64,000 nt of DNA from a virus. Below, in pieces: positions 46,902-56,842 of the stretch; the first letter of the stretch is position 1; each line of letters opens with the position of its first letter. The position numbers and the translations under genes were made by a program. The notes beneath the pieces were generated by a model, which had not been told where the DNA came from, searched no databases, and saw nothing but the letters and a program-made list of their open reading frames with translations. The stretch lies in the IMG/VR virus record IMGVR_UViG_3300010366_000011, positions 29,038 to 93,037 of that record, one strand, 5' to 3'.

Positions 46902-47249
46902 CTACTCCTTGGACGTCTCGGCGCTGTCCGGGAACATGCGGGCGTTGGCTGGATCGTGCCGGACCAGCTCATGGGTCTCGGGATCTTCCCAGTAGACCTT
47001 CTCCTCGCGGTCATGCTCTGGAAGGACCGTCGTGACGTGGTCGATCACGTGCAGGTAGTCAGCGCCCTTTGCGCCGGGCTTGACCTCGATCTTGATGGTG
47101 ATGGTGCCCTTCTTGCCAACGAACCCGACCCGCTCAACCAACTCGGCGAGCTTCGCCGTGACCTCGTGGTCAAATGCCCCGCCTCGGTGCCTTGCGAGCC
47201 ACGTGCTGGCAAGCGTGATGCTGGATTTTGGTGCCTGTGCCTCTGCCAT
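46902..47249 (-). CDS. Hypothetical protein (usual DUF2303 partner)
   Basis: LAELVERVGFVGKKGTITIKIEVKP...LVRHDP. Confidence 0.7.
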   Translation of the reverse strand: MAEAQAPKSSITLASTWLARHRGGAFDHEVTAKLAELVERVGFVGKKGTITIKIEVKPGAKGADYLHVIDHVTTVLPEHDREEKVYWEDPETHELVRHDPANARMFPDSAETSKE

Positions 47250-47306
47250 ACCTCTCCTCTCTTGCTGCCATCGTGATCCGCTTGGGCTGGGTGATGCCTT
47301 GCCGGG

Positions 47307-48662
47307 TTACCAGTCGCCGCCTCCACCTCCAGAGTCCCCTCCTCCGCCGAAGTCGAAGCCGCCGCCAGATGAGGATGGGTCGTCGTACGACGGGGGCGGG
47401 TCGTAGCTGGGCGCTGTAGGTGGATCGTACGTGGGTGCGGGGTCGTAGCTGGGTGGCGGCTCATAGGATTGCGGGCTCCGGTCGTCGTCGTCCCACCTGG
47501 CTTCGTCGGGATCATCGACCAGATCCTCCATGGCCTCGTACATGATCACATCTTGTAGCCAGGGGTCGCCGCCGTACCAGCCGCCACCCCAGGACCGCCC
47601 CATGTAGCTGCCTGCCGGGTAATAGAACTGCCTGACACCGTTGCGATGACGGTGTCGGAGTGGCTCGGGCTCTTCGGCCACGGTCCCGGCCATGCGGGTC
47701 ACCGTACCGGTTCCGGCGATGCCGACGGCCACGGTGTGGGGACTCGGCCGATAGATGGTCTTCGCTTCCAGCATGGAGCGCCGCCCTCCGGCGACGATCT
47801 CACCGATGGTCGACCAATCCTCCGCCGTCTTCGCGTGGGCCATGTTGCCCCCGGCGTTCTCGTAGGCGCTCTGGGCCGAGAGATAGGCATTGCGCCGGGC
47901 CTCGTCGGTGCTGTCGGCCAGATCCGAGTGCGCAACCAGGTCCGAGCCGAGGTCGTTCCAAGCGGCGGTGACCTTCGTCTTGCCGGTCCGGCGAGCTTGC
48001 TTGCTCCGTCGGCTGACCATGATCAGGGACACTCCGCCGGTTCCCAGACCCAGGAGGATCAGGATCGGACCGAGAGGGTTTGCATGCGAAGGCGGCGGCT
48101 TCGGCTTGCCTGCCTCGGTCTGGGCTGCATAGGCATTCTGAATCGAATCCACGAAGTCCGAGACCATGGGCAGGAGACCCTGCTTGCCATGGGCTCGAGC
48201 CGCAGCGATGGCCAGCATGTCGGCTGTGCCCGATGGGCTCCCCGGCGGCGTGCAGCCCGCGGTCCCAGTAGGGCACGGCTTCACGATTGAAGAGGTCGCC
48301 CGGAAGAAGTGGCTCTGGGGAAGCACCATCCCCACCGTCGCCGGGATTGCCGTGGTGGTCGCCAGGCGGTAGGTGGTGGTCTCGACTGCAATGGGAGCAA
48401 GCGGTGTCGGGCCAACCGCCGAGTCGGGCAGGATGGCGATCAGGATCGGCGTGGTGGCATGGTCGAGCTTGCCTCGCAGCGCAGCGGTGTCACTCGGGCT
48501 GATGGAGCTGGCAACCGCCGGATCGACTACCAAGCGGCTGGTGCGGAAGCCGGCGGCGGCGTTGTCTACGGCGTCACGGGGCATGGCTCCGGCGAGACCG
48601 GACGTGAGCACCACCCACAGGAGGGTGGCGAGGAGAACCGTCGCGTGCTGGCGTCTGGTCAT
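47307..48662 (-). CDS. Secreted/membrane protein, TPM-like architecture
   Basis: Signal peptide, extracellular domain, one TM helix, C-terminal SYDPP repeats and GGGFDFGGGGDSGGGGGDW. Confidence 0.65.
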   Translation of the reverse strand: MTRRQHATVLLATLLWVVLTSGLAGAMPRDAVDNAAAGFRTSRLVVDPAVASSISPSDTAALRGKLDHATTPILIAILPDSAVGPTPLAPIAVETTTYRLATTTAIPATVGMVLPQSHFFRATSSIVKPCPTGTAGCTPPGSPSGTADMLAIAAARAHGKQGLLPMVSDFVDSIQNAYAAQTEAGKPKPPPSHANPLGPILILLGLGTGGVSLIMVSRRSKQARRTGKTKVTAAWNDLGSDLVAHSDLADSTDEARRNAYLSAQSAYENAGGNMAHAKTAEDWSTIGEIVAGGRRSMLEAKTIYRPSPHTVAVGIAGTGTVTRMAGTVAEEPEPLRHRHRNGVRQFYYPAGSYMGRSWGGGWYGGDPWLQDVIMYEAMEDLVDDPDEARWDDDDRSPQSYEPPPSYDPAPTYDPPTAPSYDPPPSYDDPSSSGGGFDFGGGGDSGGGGGDW

Positions 48663-49259
48663 GAGCTGGTTCCTTTCGTTGTCGTGGCGGAGTCTCCGCC
48701 TGGTATGGATCGGAGATGGCGTTCCGGTACCTCGCCGAACAAGCTGGCCCCGCACAGCCTGCAGACGGTCGGGTTGTCACTGAGATCCGTGGCCCCACAG
48801 TTGGCACATGACGGGCACTGAGCTTCGGTGGTGGGTTCGGTCACTGTGGCCTGCAATAGGAACCGACCAATACGGTCCCGCAGGATCGCGGCCTCGAAGT
48901 CGTCCGGCCGGCGTCCCGCCGCCACTTCATGTGCCAGTTCGGCAGCGTCTTCAAGCAACGCCCAAGCGTCCACCCACATTCGCCGGACAGCTTCGCTCTC
49001 CCCCTGCGCCCAGAGCGGGGTCTCGGTCACTTCGATTCCGGCGTCCAACACATCCCCCACCGTCGGCCATGCGGATGTCCGGGTTGAACCGGAGTACCAC
49101 AGTGCTCGCAGATAGTCGGACTTTCCAAGAGATCGTCTACTGCAAGGGCTTCTTTGGCTGCGCATGCCCGGCATGGTCTGACGGTACTCACCCGGCACCG
49201 ACATCCGGTCTCGGCGATTCCCTTCAAAGCGGCACGGAGATTGGCGATTCGCAGCTCGT

Positions 49260-49658
49260 TCATCTCGGCCTCGGCTCGGGGAGGTAGGTGATCCGTGCCG
49301 CCCGGATCGTCCACAAGTACGACCGTGCCAGCAGTCGCACCACCCAGGAGGCGTGCTTGCTCACCGCAAATTCAGCCGCGAACCCTCGGCAACGGAGAGC
49401 CAGCCCGATCCGAATTGGCATGAACGCTGCCACCACGGTCCCTGCTTGGAACCATGATGGGTGAGCACTCGCCAGCCCTCCAAGGGCCACCGCCAGAGTG
49501 GGGCTCTCGCCGCGGCCGGTTACCACGAAGATCCCGTCGTCCAGCGTGAATACCGCCTCTTCCGGGGCGTCGCTCTTTCCGGCGTCGACCGATTCCCGCA
49601 GCGCGGTCATGAAATCGACTACCTCCTGGCGGGTCGGGTCGGTCAGGCCGCTCACCAT
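49260..49658 (-). CDS. Hypothetical protein
   Basis: Collinear with coupled neighbours. Confidence 0.45.
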   Translation of the reverse strand: MVSGLTDPTRQEVVDFMTALRESVDAGKSDAPEEAVFTLDDGIFVVTGRGESPTLAVALGGLASAHPSWFQAGTVVAAFMPIRIGLALRCRGFAAEFAVSKHASWVVRLLARSYLWTIRAARITYLPEPRPR

Positions 49659-50101
49659 GCTCCTCGCCAAATCTCAGGGGCGCTGCCGCCCACCGCGATG
49701 GCGAGGCGGTCCGCGCTGTCCCGGTGGATTGTCTCCAGGTCACCCCGCAACAGCCGGTCGATCTGGACCCGGTAGACCTCCGGGTCGCCTCCGAAGGTCG
49801 CCGCCATCTGGGTGGCGAGGCGCCGGACACCGAAGTCGTTTCCGTGCTCATGGTAGGCAAGCATCAGCGTGGTGCGGCGCAACCTGGGGACGATCGGCTC
49901 TGCCGGCAGCATCCTCTTCGGCCCGGCTTTCGCCGCCGGGTTGGATCCACAGCTCCGGCAGTACGTCGAGAGCCCGTCCCGGCGAGCTGTATTCGGGAAG
50001 AAGTCGCTCCGGACCTTGTCGGTGTCGCAGCCAGGGCAAAACTTCCCGGTGGGCGCCGAGACCAAGATGGGCAACTGGATCGGCTCAGGCACCGGGCATG
50101 G
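49652..50101 (-). CDS. Zn-ribbon + HTH-like protein
   Basis: KFCPGCDT...FFPNTARRDGLSTYCRSC; start uncertain. Confidence 0.5.
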   Translation of the reverse strand, partial: PCPVPEPIQLPILVSAPTGKFCPGCDTDKVRSDFFPNTARRDGLSTYCRSCGSNPAAKAGPKRMLPAEPIVPRLRRTTLMLAYHEHGNDFGVRRLATQMAATFGGDPEVYRVQIDRLLRGDLETIHRDSADRLAIAVGGSAPEIWRGAW

Positions 50102-51530
50102 CTCCGTCGGGCATCTCCCACTCGGGCTCGTCGGGGCCGGTCGGGGCCGAAGGCTCCGCGGGAGCGCACACAACCGCGTCACCATCAGCCCCTTCCTGGC
50201 CCCCCGGCCGCGGGACGTTGATCCCGGGCGCCTCGTCCCTCAAGCGGCGCGCCTGATCATAGGCCCGTCGGATCTGAGCCAGTAGGATTTGAATGCGAAC
50301 CGCGAAGCCCTCGTCAGCATCAACCCGATCAGCCACCAGATGCTCCGCGTAGGTGACCGTCGAGTGATCCCGCCCGAAGGCGTCGGCGAGTTGCAGCACC
50401 GACTGCCCCGTCAAGGCCCTGGCGACGTACATGGCGACATGGCGGGCTTCGCTGATGCGCTTCCTCTGGCTGACAGAGAGAAGCGAGGTGATGGACACTC
50501 CGAACACCGCTGCGGTCTCGGCGAGGATCAACTCAAGCGGGAAGCTATCGAACCGTTCCACCAGCGGGTGATCCTTCTGCAGGTGCTCGGTGATCTCCGA
50601 TGCCTGGGAGTAGATCCGATCGACGCAGATCGGGCATGCGTAGACCCCCGGACCAGCCACCTGGTTCTTCGCCCTGGGTGGACCCTTGTGGATCATGCCA
50701 CCCGGCGGAGCCCCTTTGTCGCCGTAGAGCTGGCCGTGGGCTCGCAGCTCATGCTGGCCCCGTCCCCACTCGTTGCGGTCGCTGCCGCCGGAGCACCCCG
50801 GCTTGCGGCACGGGAACTTGAATGCTGAAGGAGCTTCGCCCCGGACGACCTTCCGTGCCCGCTGGTCGGCGGCGTACCGCTGGGCCGTCTGGCGCTCGCA
50901 TTCCCTGCACCAGCTTGCCCACCTGGAGCGGCGTGGCCTCTTGGCTGTCAGGCCCACCTGGCGGTAGTGATCGAGGTCCAACGGCTGGTCGAGACCACAC
51001 TTCGTGCAGACTTTGGACGCGGGGGAAGCGGGGGGCGTTGCGAGGGGAAAGGTCCCGCCCGTGTCCCCCGCCACCGTCGCTGAATCGGTCTGGGTCCCCT
51101 GCGCTGGCCGGGGATCGGGGGAGACGACCACTGCCGAAGTACCCGTCTCCCCGGGGGCGGCCCGGTCGGCACCGTGACTTGCCCTCTCTGTCCCCGACGT
51201 TGGCACTGGCCGGAGGGCTGCGCCCCTTCGCCCCTCCGGCCAGAGCACCTTTGGATCGAGCATGAGCGCGACCGCCATGGCCTCAGCTACCCAGCGGGGT
51301 AGCTCGCCGAGGGTATAACGGGTCGCGGTAATGGCGTTGATCAGCTTGAAGGCTTTGGGCAGGTCGAAGTCTCCACCGCGAGCGTTGGCCTCGCGAACGA
51401 ACGCCGCGGCGATACCCGTGATGCCCATCGGGTCACGGGTGGAATGACGTTGGCGCCAGAGGGCGAGACGCAAGGGCTCAGGATCGATGCACCGCATGGC
51501 CGGGTCGAAATCCTGGGGCTGGGCACTCAT
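50085..51530 (-). CDS. Multi-zinc-finger protein with DnaA domain IV-like HTH
   Basis: CTKC/CREC, two C2H2-like fingers, and ...EARHVAMYVARALTGQSVLQLADAFGRDHSTVTYA (DnaA C-terminal signature). Confidence 0.75.
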   Translation of the reverse strand: MSAQPQDFDPAMRCIDPEPLRLALWRQRHSTRDPMGITGIAAAFVREANARGGDFDLPKAFKLINAITATRYTLGELPRWVAEAMAVALMLDPKVLWPEGRRGAALRPVPTSGTERASHGADRAAPGETGTSAVVVSPDPRPAQGTQTDSATVAGDTGGTFPLATPPASPASKVCTKCGLDQPLDLDHYRQVGLTAKRPRRSRWASWCRECERQTAQRYAADQRARKVVRGEAPSAFKFPCRKPGCSGGSDRNEWGRGQHELRAHGQLYGDKGAPPGGMIHKGPPRAKNQVAGPGVYACPICVDRIYSQASEITEHLQKDHPLVERFDSFPLELILAETAAVFGVSITSLLSVSQRKRISEARHVAMYVARALTGQSVLQLADAFGRDHSTVTYAEHLVADRVDADEGFAVRIQILLAQIRRAYDQARRLRDEAPGINVPRPGGQEGADGDAVVCAPAEPSAPTGPDEPEWEMPDGAMPGA

Positions 51531-51976
51531 CAGACCACCGTCCTTCCCGGGGTGGGTTCATCCGAGGGTGGCGGAGTGGGGATCTCGATGTTCAGGGACT
51601 GGCCGTTGGCCCAGACCCTGATTTCGGGCTCCGGCACTACCCACTCGGCACCGAGACCTCTCAGGAACAAGCGCCAAGCTGCCTCACGAATTGTTGTGCC
51701 GGCCCGCTCGAGGTATAGAGCCACCAGCTTCACGCTCATGTATTGCAACGGTAGGGAGAGGAAAAAGTCCCTGTGATACTGGGCGAGAGGGTAGCTCGGC
51801 CCGGCCATCCCATGAAGAATCTCAGTCACCGCAGGTGCTACAACGATGATCCACTGCGCCAGAAACAAGCCGGCGAAGAGTGCCCTTTTCGTGGTGGGGG
51901 GACCTTTGCGGCCAGCGGCATAGGAGAACCCAACTGATGATCCCAAGGCAATTACGAATCCGCCGACCCAGCTCAC
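51530..51976 (-). CDS. Membrane protein
   Basis: Several hydrophobic helices. Confidence 0.5.
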   Translation of the reverse strand: MSWVGGFVIALGSSVGFSYAAGRKGPPTTKRALFAGLFLAQWIIVVAPAVTEILHGMAGPSYPLAQYHRDFFLSLPLQYMSVKLVALYLERAGTTIREAAWRLFLRGLGAEWVVPEPEIRVWANGQSLNIEIPTPPPSDEPTPGRTVV

Positions 51977-52260
51977 GGCTGGACTCCCTGTACCACAGCG
52001 AGCGAGTAGGCGGTGTAGTCGACCGCTGCCTGCTCCTCCGGCGTCCGGTCGCTGAGGTCGGTCAGGAGAGCCAGATCCAGCATGGACTCGGCGACCTGTG
52101 GGGTTAGGACGATCACCGGCTCGGCAAGAGCCTTCCGGAGCTGGGCAACCTCATCGGCGAGTGAGGTCACCCATGTCGGGACGACGCCCTCCCCCAAGAG
52201 GGCTGCGGTGAGATAGTCCAGTCGGCTCATCAGAACCTTGGCGGCCTCAAGCGCCGTCAC
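51973..52260 (-). CDS. Hypothetical protein
   Basis: GTGA coupling. Confidence 0.5.
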   Translation of the reverse strand: MTALEAAKVLMSRLDYLTAALLGEGVVPTWVTSLADEVAQLRKALAEPVIVLTPQVAESMLDLALLTDLSDRTPEEQAAVDYTAYSLAVVQGVQP

Positions 52261-52745
52261 TCGTACGCCTCCGGATCCTCGTCACTGCCGTCGTCTTCCT
52301 GCCCAAGCAGAGCCATCTCGGCCTCGGGGATCAGATGCTCAAGGAGGGCTTCGGTTGGATCCGGCCGAGCGAGTTCCACATCCTGCCAAGGCTTCGGGGC
52401 CACCGCGGCGGCCCGAGCTACCTCAGCATCAGATGCCGCTGCGATGCTGGCTCGCAGCGCGTCCATGAAGCTGACCACCGGCGCTTCGGCCTGGGAGCTG
52501 ATGGGCTCGGCCCGTTGCGCCAGGTGGTCGACCAAGGCTTCTGTTGCTGAGGCAACCGTCGCGTCGAGCGGGTCTGGCTGTAGCTGGATCTGTCCACTTC
52601 CCGGCCCGTGCGGATCGCTGCTAGGGAGCTGGCTGCGGTCGCCGACCCTGGCTGCTCCGTGGAGGGCTCCGCCGCATCGGCACCGGCAACGTTTGGTCTT
52701 CGCGTGCTCGCAGGAGTTCGCCTGGCGGTCGGTGAGGGGCCTCAT
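52257..52745 (-). CDS. Hypothetical protein with Cys cluster
   Basis: CEHAKTKRCRCRCGGALHG. Confidence 0.55.
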   Translation of the reverse strand: MRPLTDRQANSCEHAKTKRCRCRCGGALHGAARVGDRSQLPSSDPHGPGSGQIQLQPDPLDATVASATEALVDHLAQRAEPISSQAEAPVVSFMDALRASIAAASDAEVARAAAVAPKPWQDVELARPDPTEALLEHLIPEAEMALLGQEDDGSDEDPEAYE

Positions 52746-52978
52746 CTCAGACCCGCCTCAACCAAGACCTGCAGGCCGTCATCTTCCCCACGATCACCGC
52801 TGCCCGACGGCTGCCGCTTGCTGTTCGGTCATGAAAGCCAGCGGCTCCCGGGCCTGGTCAGCGAACGGGTCTGCGTCGAAGAGATACAGAACGCCGGTGG
52901 CCCGGTTGTAGCTGAGGCGCTTGCCGTAGCTGCCCTCCTGGCGCCACCATCCGAAGTCCCGGTCATAAAGCCGTGGCG

Positions 52979-53446
52979 TCATGGGAGCTTGACCTCCTGG
53001 CCCTCATGGCAGTCGCACTCGCACCGGTGCCAAGCGTAGTCGTCATCCAGGCGCTTGCCCATACAGCAGCCGGGTGGGAAATCGGCTGCGAAGTGGTGCC
53101 TCTCACGGCATGCAATCGACAGGGTCGGCTCCGGAATGGGCTTCACGATCTCGGCGAAGAGGTCTGCGATCTGTCCGGGGTTCAGCCCAAGCGATTCGCC
53201 CGCGGCCACGAAAGCGTCGTACATCGTCGCCTCGCTCGCGGCCCGCTGGACCTTGTTGTCGACCTCCGCCTGCTCCGCGGCCGGAACATCAGAGTCCCGG
53301 GGGAAACGTGGGGCTCGGACACCCCGCTTGTACTCCGCCGGTGGGGCATCTGGCTCGAGGCCAAGGAGAGTCAGGTCGCTGGGTAGTAACTCGCCGTCGA
53401 GAAGGGTCCACCCCTGCTCGAAGCTGCCGGTCGCAATGAAACCCAA
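52979..53446 (-). CDS. Hypothetical protein
   Basis: C-terminal CECDCH. Confidence 0.45.
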   Translation of the reverse strand: MGFIATGSFEQGWTLLDGELLPSDLTLLGLEPDAPPAEYKRGVRAPRFPRDSDVPAAEQAEVDNKVQRAASEATMYDAFVAAGESLGLNPGQIADLFAEIVKPIPEPTLSIACRERHHFAADFPPGCCMGKRLDDDYAWHRCECDCHEGQEVKLP

Positions 53447-53473
53447 GGTGGTGCTCCCTTCGTCGGCTCGGCG

Positions 53474-53932
53474 TTACCTTGTACCGCTACCGTACACATC
53501 GATTCGGGATCCGTCAAGGATGAACTTTGCGACGGCTTCACGGACCTCACCGATCGGCCCTGGCTCCGCCCAGGTCGGGATCTGCAGGCCGAGCTCCGTG
53601 GCCTTGGCCGGGTTGTCATGGACCCAGTCGTGACACGCAGCGCAGGCGTCCAGGAGGTTATGGGCGTCGTTCGTGCCGCCCCTCGAGCGCAGCTTGCGGT
53701 GATGCAGATGCCGGGCCCCTTCCTGGCAGCCCGGCAATCCGATCTCGCACTGGCCTCCGCTCCGCTGGCGGATGAGGCGCCGAACCGCGTCAAGCTCCCG
53801 CTCGTAATCGTTGCTGGGGTTGGCCTTGAGAGGCCCGCCGCGACGCATGGGCCTGCTCCGCGGGCGAAACCCTCGGCCCCGGCGCATAGGTGCCTTGGGT
53901 GCTGGCATGGACGTGTGCCGATGAAGGCTCAC
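53474..53932 (-). CDS. HNH endonuclease
   Basis: RSGGQCEI...HLHHRKLRSRGG...NLLDACAACHDWVH. Confidence 0.8.
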   Translation of the reverse strand: MSLHRHTSMPAPKAPMRRGRGFRPRSRPMRRGGPLKANPSNDYERELDAVRRLIRQRSGGQCEIGLPGCQEGARHLHHRKLRSRGGTNDAHNLLDACAACHDWVHDNPAKATELGLQIPTWAEPGPIGEVREAVAKFILDGSRIDVYGSGTR

Positions 53933-54171
53933 GCGCCCATTGCCCGCTGACGCTGGCGAGCGTCGTCCTCGGTAGTGCCGGCAACTCCAAGCCGCCTGAC
54001 CAGCTCCCGGACGGCTTCCCCGGCGAAGCGCCGATGGCCGCCGAGGGTGCGGACGTAGGCGAGCTTGCCCTCGCTTGCCCACCTGGCCACCGTCTTGGGT
54101 GAGACATGGAGCAGCCGGGCGACATCGCCCGCTCGCATGTACTCGGGATACTCCTCCTGCCTCGCTGCCAT
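53929..54171 (-). CDS. BldC-like (MerR/Xis-type HTH) regulator
   Basis: MRAGDVARLLHVSPKTVARWASEGKLAYVRTLGGHRRF; AGGAGG SD. Confidence 0.85.
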   Translation of the reverse strand: MAARQEEYPEYMRAGDVARLLHVSPKTVARWASEGKLAYVRTLGGHRRFAGEAVRELVRRLGVAGTTEDDARQRQRAMGA

Positions 54172-54214
54172 GGTTCCCTCCTTGCTCGGTGCTGCCTGGG
54201 CTGCTGGTACTGCC

Positions 54215-54799
54215 TTACTCGGGGATCGGCCGGCCAATGCGCTCTGCGCCTTCCAGCAACGGCCAGGTCTCGGGCGCTGCCCTCGGCATCGGCCGGATGG
54301 GGCGCGCTGCTGGCTTGAGGTGCTCCCGGTGGGACGGTTCGACCGCCTGCAGATGGCGCTGGTGGGTCTGGCGCTTGGCGGCGTAGATTTTCAGAAAGTG
54401 GGCGCGCTCGGCGACCAGCTCATCCTCGAGGAGGTTGGCACACAGTTCCTGCCAGCTCCCCCGGAGGGTGTTCACCGCCTCGCCGATCAACGGGTTGGAC
54501 CACGTCGGCTCGCTCCAGGACCCCAGGGTGCGCACCGCAGCGATGACCTCCTGCCAAGCTTCATCGGCCTCCGGTGTGGGGTCGACCGCGAGAGCGATCA
54601 CCCGCTCACGGATCTCGGCGACGCTCTGGGGGGGCCACTTCTCGGTGGAGCACCAGTGGACCACCGCCGCTTGGGTCTTCTCGAAGTCAAGATCGGCGAT
54701 CAGGCGCGCCCACATCTTGATCGTTCCCTCCGGCCAGTCGACCCGCGGGTAGCTCGTGCAGAAGACATCGATCACCAACAGTGCTTCCTGATCGTTCAT
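54215..54799 (-). CDS. Replicative helicase loader/inhibitor (G39P-like)
   Basis: WARLIADLDF...KWPPQSVAEIR...DEAW; directly after the initiator. Confidence 0.65.
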   Translation of the reverse strand: MNDQEALLVIDVFCTSYPRVDWPEGTIKMWARLIADLDFEKTQAAVVHWCSTEKWPPQSVAEIRERVIALAVDPTPEADEAWQEVIAAVRTLGSWSEPTWSNPLIGEAVNTLRGSWQELCANLLEDELVAERAHFLKIYAAKRQTHQRHLQAVEPSHREHLKPAARPIRPMPRAAPETWPLLEGAERIGRPIPE

Positions 54800-55596
54800 G
54801 GCTGTATCCCCCATTCCTCACGGACCTTCGCTATTGCCGCCTGAGTGCGCTCGTAGGGCGTACTCGGTTTGCTGTTTCCGTTGCCTACGTGCCTTGCAGC
54901 ATCTCTTGCTGCAAATGTGACCGCATTACGCATCCACTTCCTGAAGGCCGCATCCCAGTCGCGTATGCCCCCTGCATTTGCGGTAGCCAGATGGTGATCC
55001 CGAAACTGAGCAACTTCGTCGAGTGGGTTCACGGTAGGTGTTTCCTTTGCCGCCCAGGAGAGCAGGGCTGGCGAAGGAGTCCAGTCTGGGGGGATGCCGG
55101 TGGTCGTCCTTCGCGGGCGCGCGCGCGCCGCACTACTCTCCTGCTTTATCTCCTCAGTAAAAATGGGGAGGGGGTCGGCAGAGCGCGGTGAGGTAACCCC
55201 TTTTCCCTCGTCAGGTAACCCCTTTTTCTCGGAAGGGGTAACCTCGTAACCCCTTTTCTCGGGCTCCAAAGGGGTAACCTCCTGACCCCTTTTTGGTGTG
55301 GTGACAATGTACTGAGTGTACTGCCCTCGCCCCTGATGGGGAGGCCGCTTGATCGTGAGCCATCCTCTATCCGCCAGAATTTGCAGGTGATTTCGCACGG
55401 TCAATTCGGAGAGGCCAGTTTCGTCAGCCAGCAGCGCTGTTCCCGGATAGCAACTGTCCCCCTTTTCGGCCATGTGAAGGGAGAGGGTCAGCGCGACGTG
55501 ACGCGTCGTAGACGGTAACTGGCTGTCCTTGGAGGCGATAGATGCTCGCCAGGTGAGCAGCGGAGAGAGACGGCCCGTCCCGTCGAAGACGGTCAT
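54796..55596 (-). CDS. Replication initiator (N-terminal wHTH, C-terminal DnaT-like)
   Basis: CYPGTALLADETGLSELTVRNHLQILADRGWL; IPPDWTPS...FRDHH...DWDAAFRKW. Confidence 0.8.
   Translation of the reverse strand: MTVFDGTGRLSPLLTWRASIASKDSQLPSTTRHVALTLSLHMAEKGDSCYPGTALLADETGLSELTVRNHLQILADRGWLTIKRPPHQGRGQYTQYIVTTPKRGQEVTPLEPEKRGYEVTPSEKKGLPDEGKGVTSPRSADPLPIFTEEIKQESSAARARPRRTTTGIPPDWTPSPALLSWAAKETPTVNPLDEVAQFRDHHLATANAGGIRDWDAAFRKWMRNAVTFAARDAARHVGNGNSKPSTPYERTQAAIAKVREEWGIQP
55191..55294. repeat. Iteron-like repeats (putative origin) inside the initiator gene
   Basis: AGGTAACCCCTTTT x2, GTAACCCCTTTT, TGACCCCTTTT, and AAGGGGTAACCT x2. Confidence 0.65.
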
Positions 55597-56048
55597 TCGT
55601 CCCTGTCGGCGCCGCGGACCTGTTGCAGCAAACCTGAGTCGGGTATACTCAACCTGCTTTCTTTCCGATCATGTCGCTGCCCTCCTCCACGGTGAACAGC
55701 GACCAGCTTGTCCGAGGGGCCCCTTCCAGCGGGGTCCTTCGTTGTTTACTGGATCATGCCTCAAGCTTGGGGGGTTTGTCCACTACCCGCCGCCTTGCTC
55801 CGGACCCGGAGCTTCCCCTACAATGGGGCTGTGGACCTTCGGTTTCTCCGCCCCCCTCAGGGGAGGGGCGTCGAGATCGGCTAGGTTTACCTTGTCGGGA
55901 GCGCCCTCCTTCGGGAGGGCGCTCGCCGTTCCGGGGTCCTCGGTTGCCCGCAGCCGCCAGCGGAGCCGGAATCCGGGGCTGGCACCTGCCCATACCAGGG
56001 CAGCGTGCTGCTGGCTTAGGCTCCGGCCGCTTATGGGCTTGCGGGGCT

Positions 56049-56842
56049 TCATACTCCCGCCTCCGGCCGCCAGGGGCGATGCTGGTTTGCTTGCCGCCAG
56101 AAGTCGGCCTCGTCAGCTCGCATGAGCAACAGGTGAGCGATCACGTCGTCGGTCGGCGTCATACACCCGCCCCAGGTCTCGTCGTAGTAGCCCACAGGGT
56201 GAAGGCATAGGGCCGAGAGGCAGAGCATGGTCGAGTCATCTTCGCTCTTGCCGTCCTTGTGGCGTGGAGAGAGAGCGAGGGTGGGCCGGAGCCGGCGGAA
56301 AAGGTAGGTGACCCGGGACCGGGGCGAGGTCTCCAGGAAGGTTCCGGTCAGGTCGTAATGCCTCCACTGGCGCTCCGAGAGCAGGCCGCGGAGCTTCTCG
56401 CGAGCTCGGTACTCGGCCTCAAGGCCCCAGGCATCGGTAGCGCCGAGGGTACGGAGCGTCAGGTTGAGCCGGTTCATGGAGTGGTCAGGCGAGACGGGTA
56501 GTGTGACCGCATAGCGTTTCCCGTCCGTCTCCATGATGTAGACGTCTTGGGAACGCCGGAAGCTAAACCAGTGGTTAAGGACCTTGCCGATCTCCTCCGC
56601 GGTGTTGCAGTGGGTAGGGGCCTCCGGATAGGCCGGCTCGCTCATAGACCGGAAGCGATCGGCGAGCGGGTGCCTCCGGTGAAGTACCACCGTCTCTCCC
56701 GGGATGTAGACCGGGATCCCCTGCCAGTCCCCCTTCAGGGTCGAGGCCAGGTCCACTCGCCACCGGAACGTCTCCCACGAGTCCTCGACCGCGGTAGCGC
56801 GCTGGACGTGCGGCGGCTGATGGTCGGCCCGAAGAAGCCTAT
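56049..56842 (-). CDS. Hypothetical protein
   Basis: Long ORF with protein-like C-terminus (LCLHPVGYY...DDVIAHLLL...FWRQAN); start uncertain. Confidence 0.6.
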
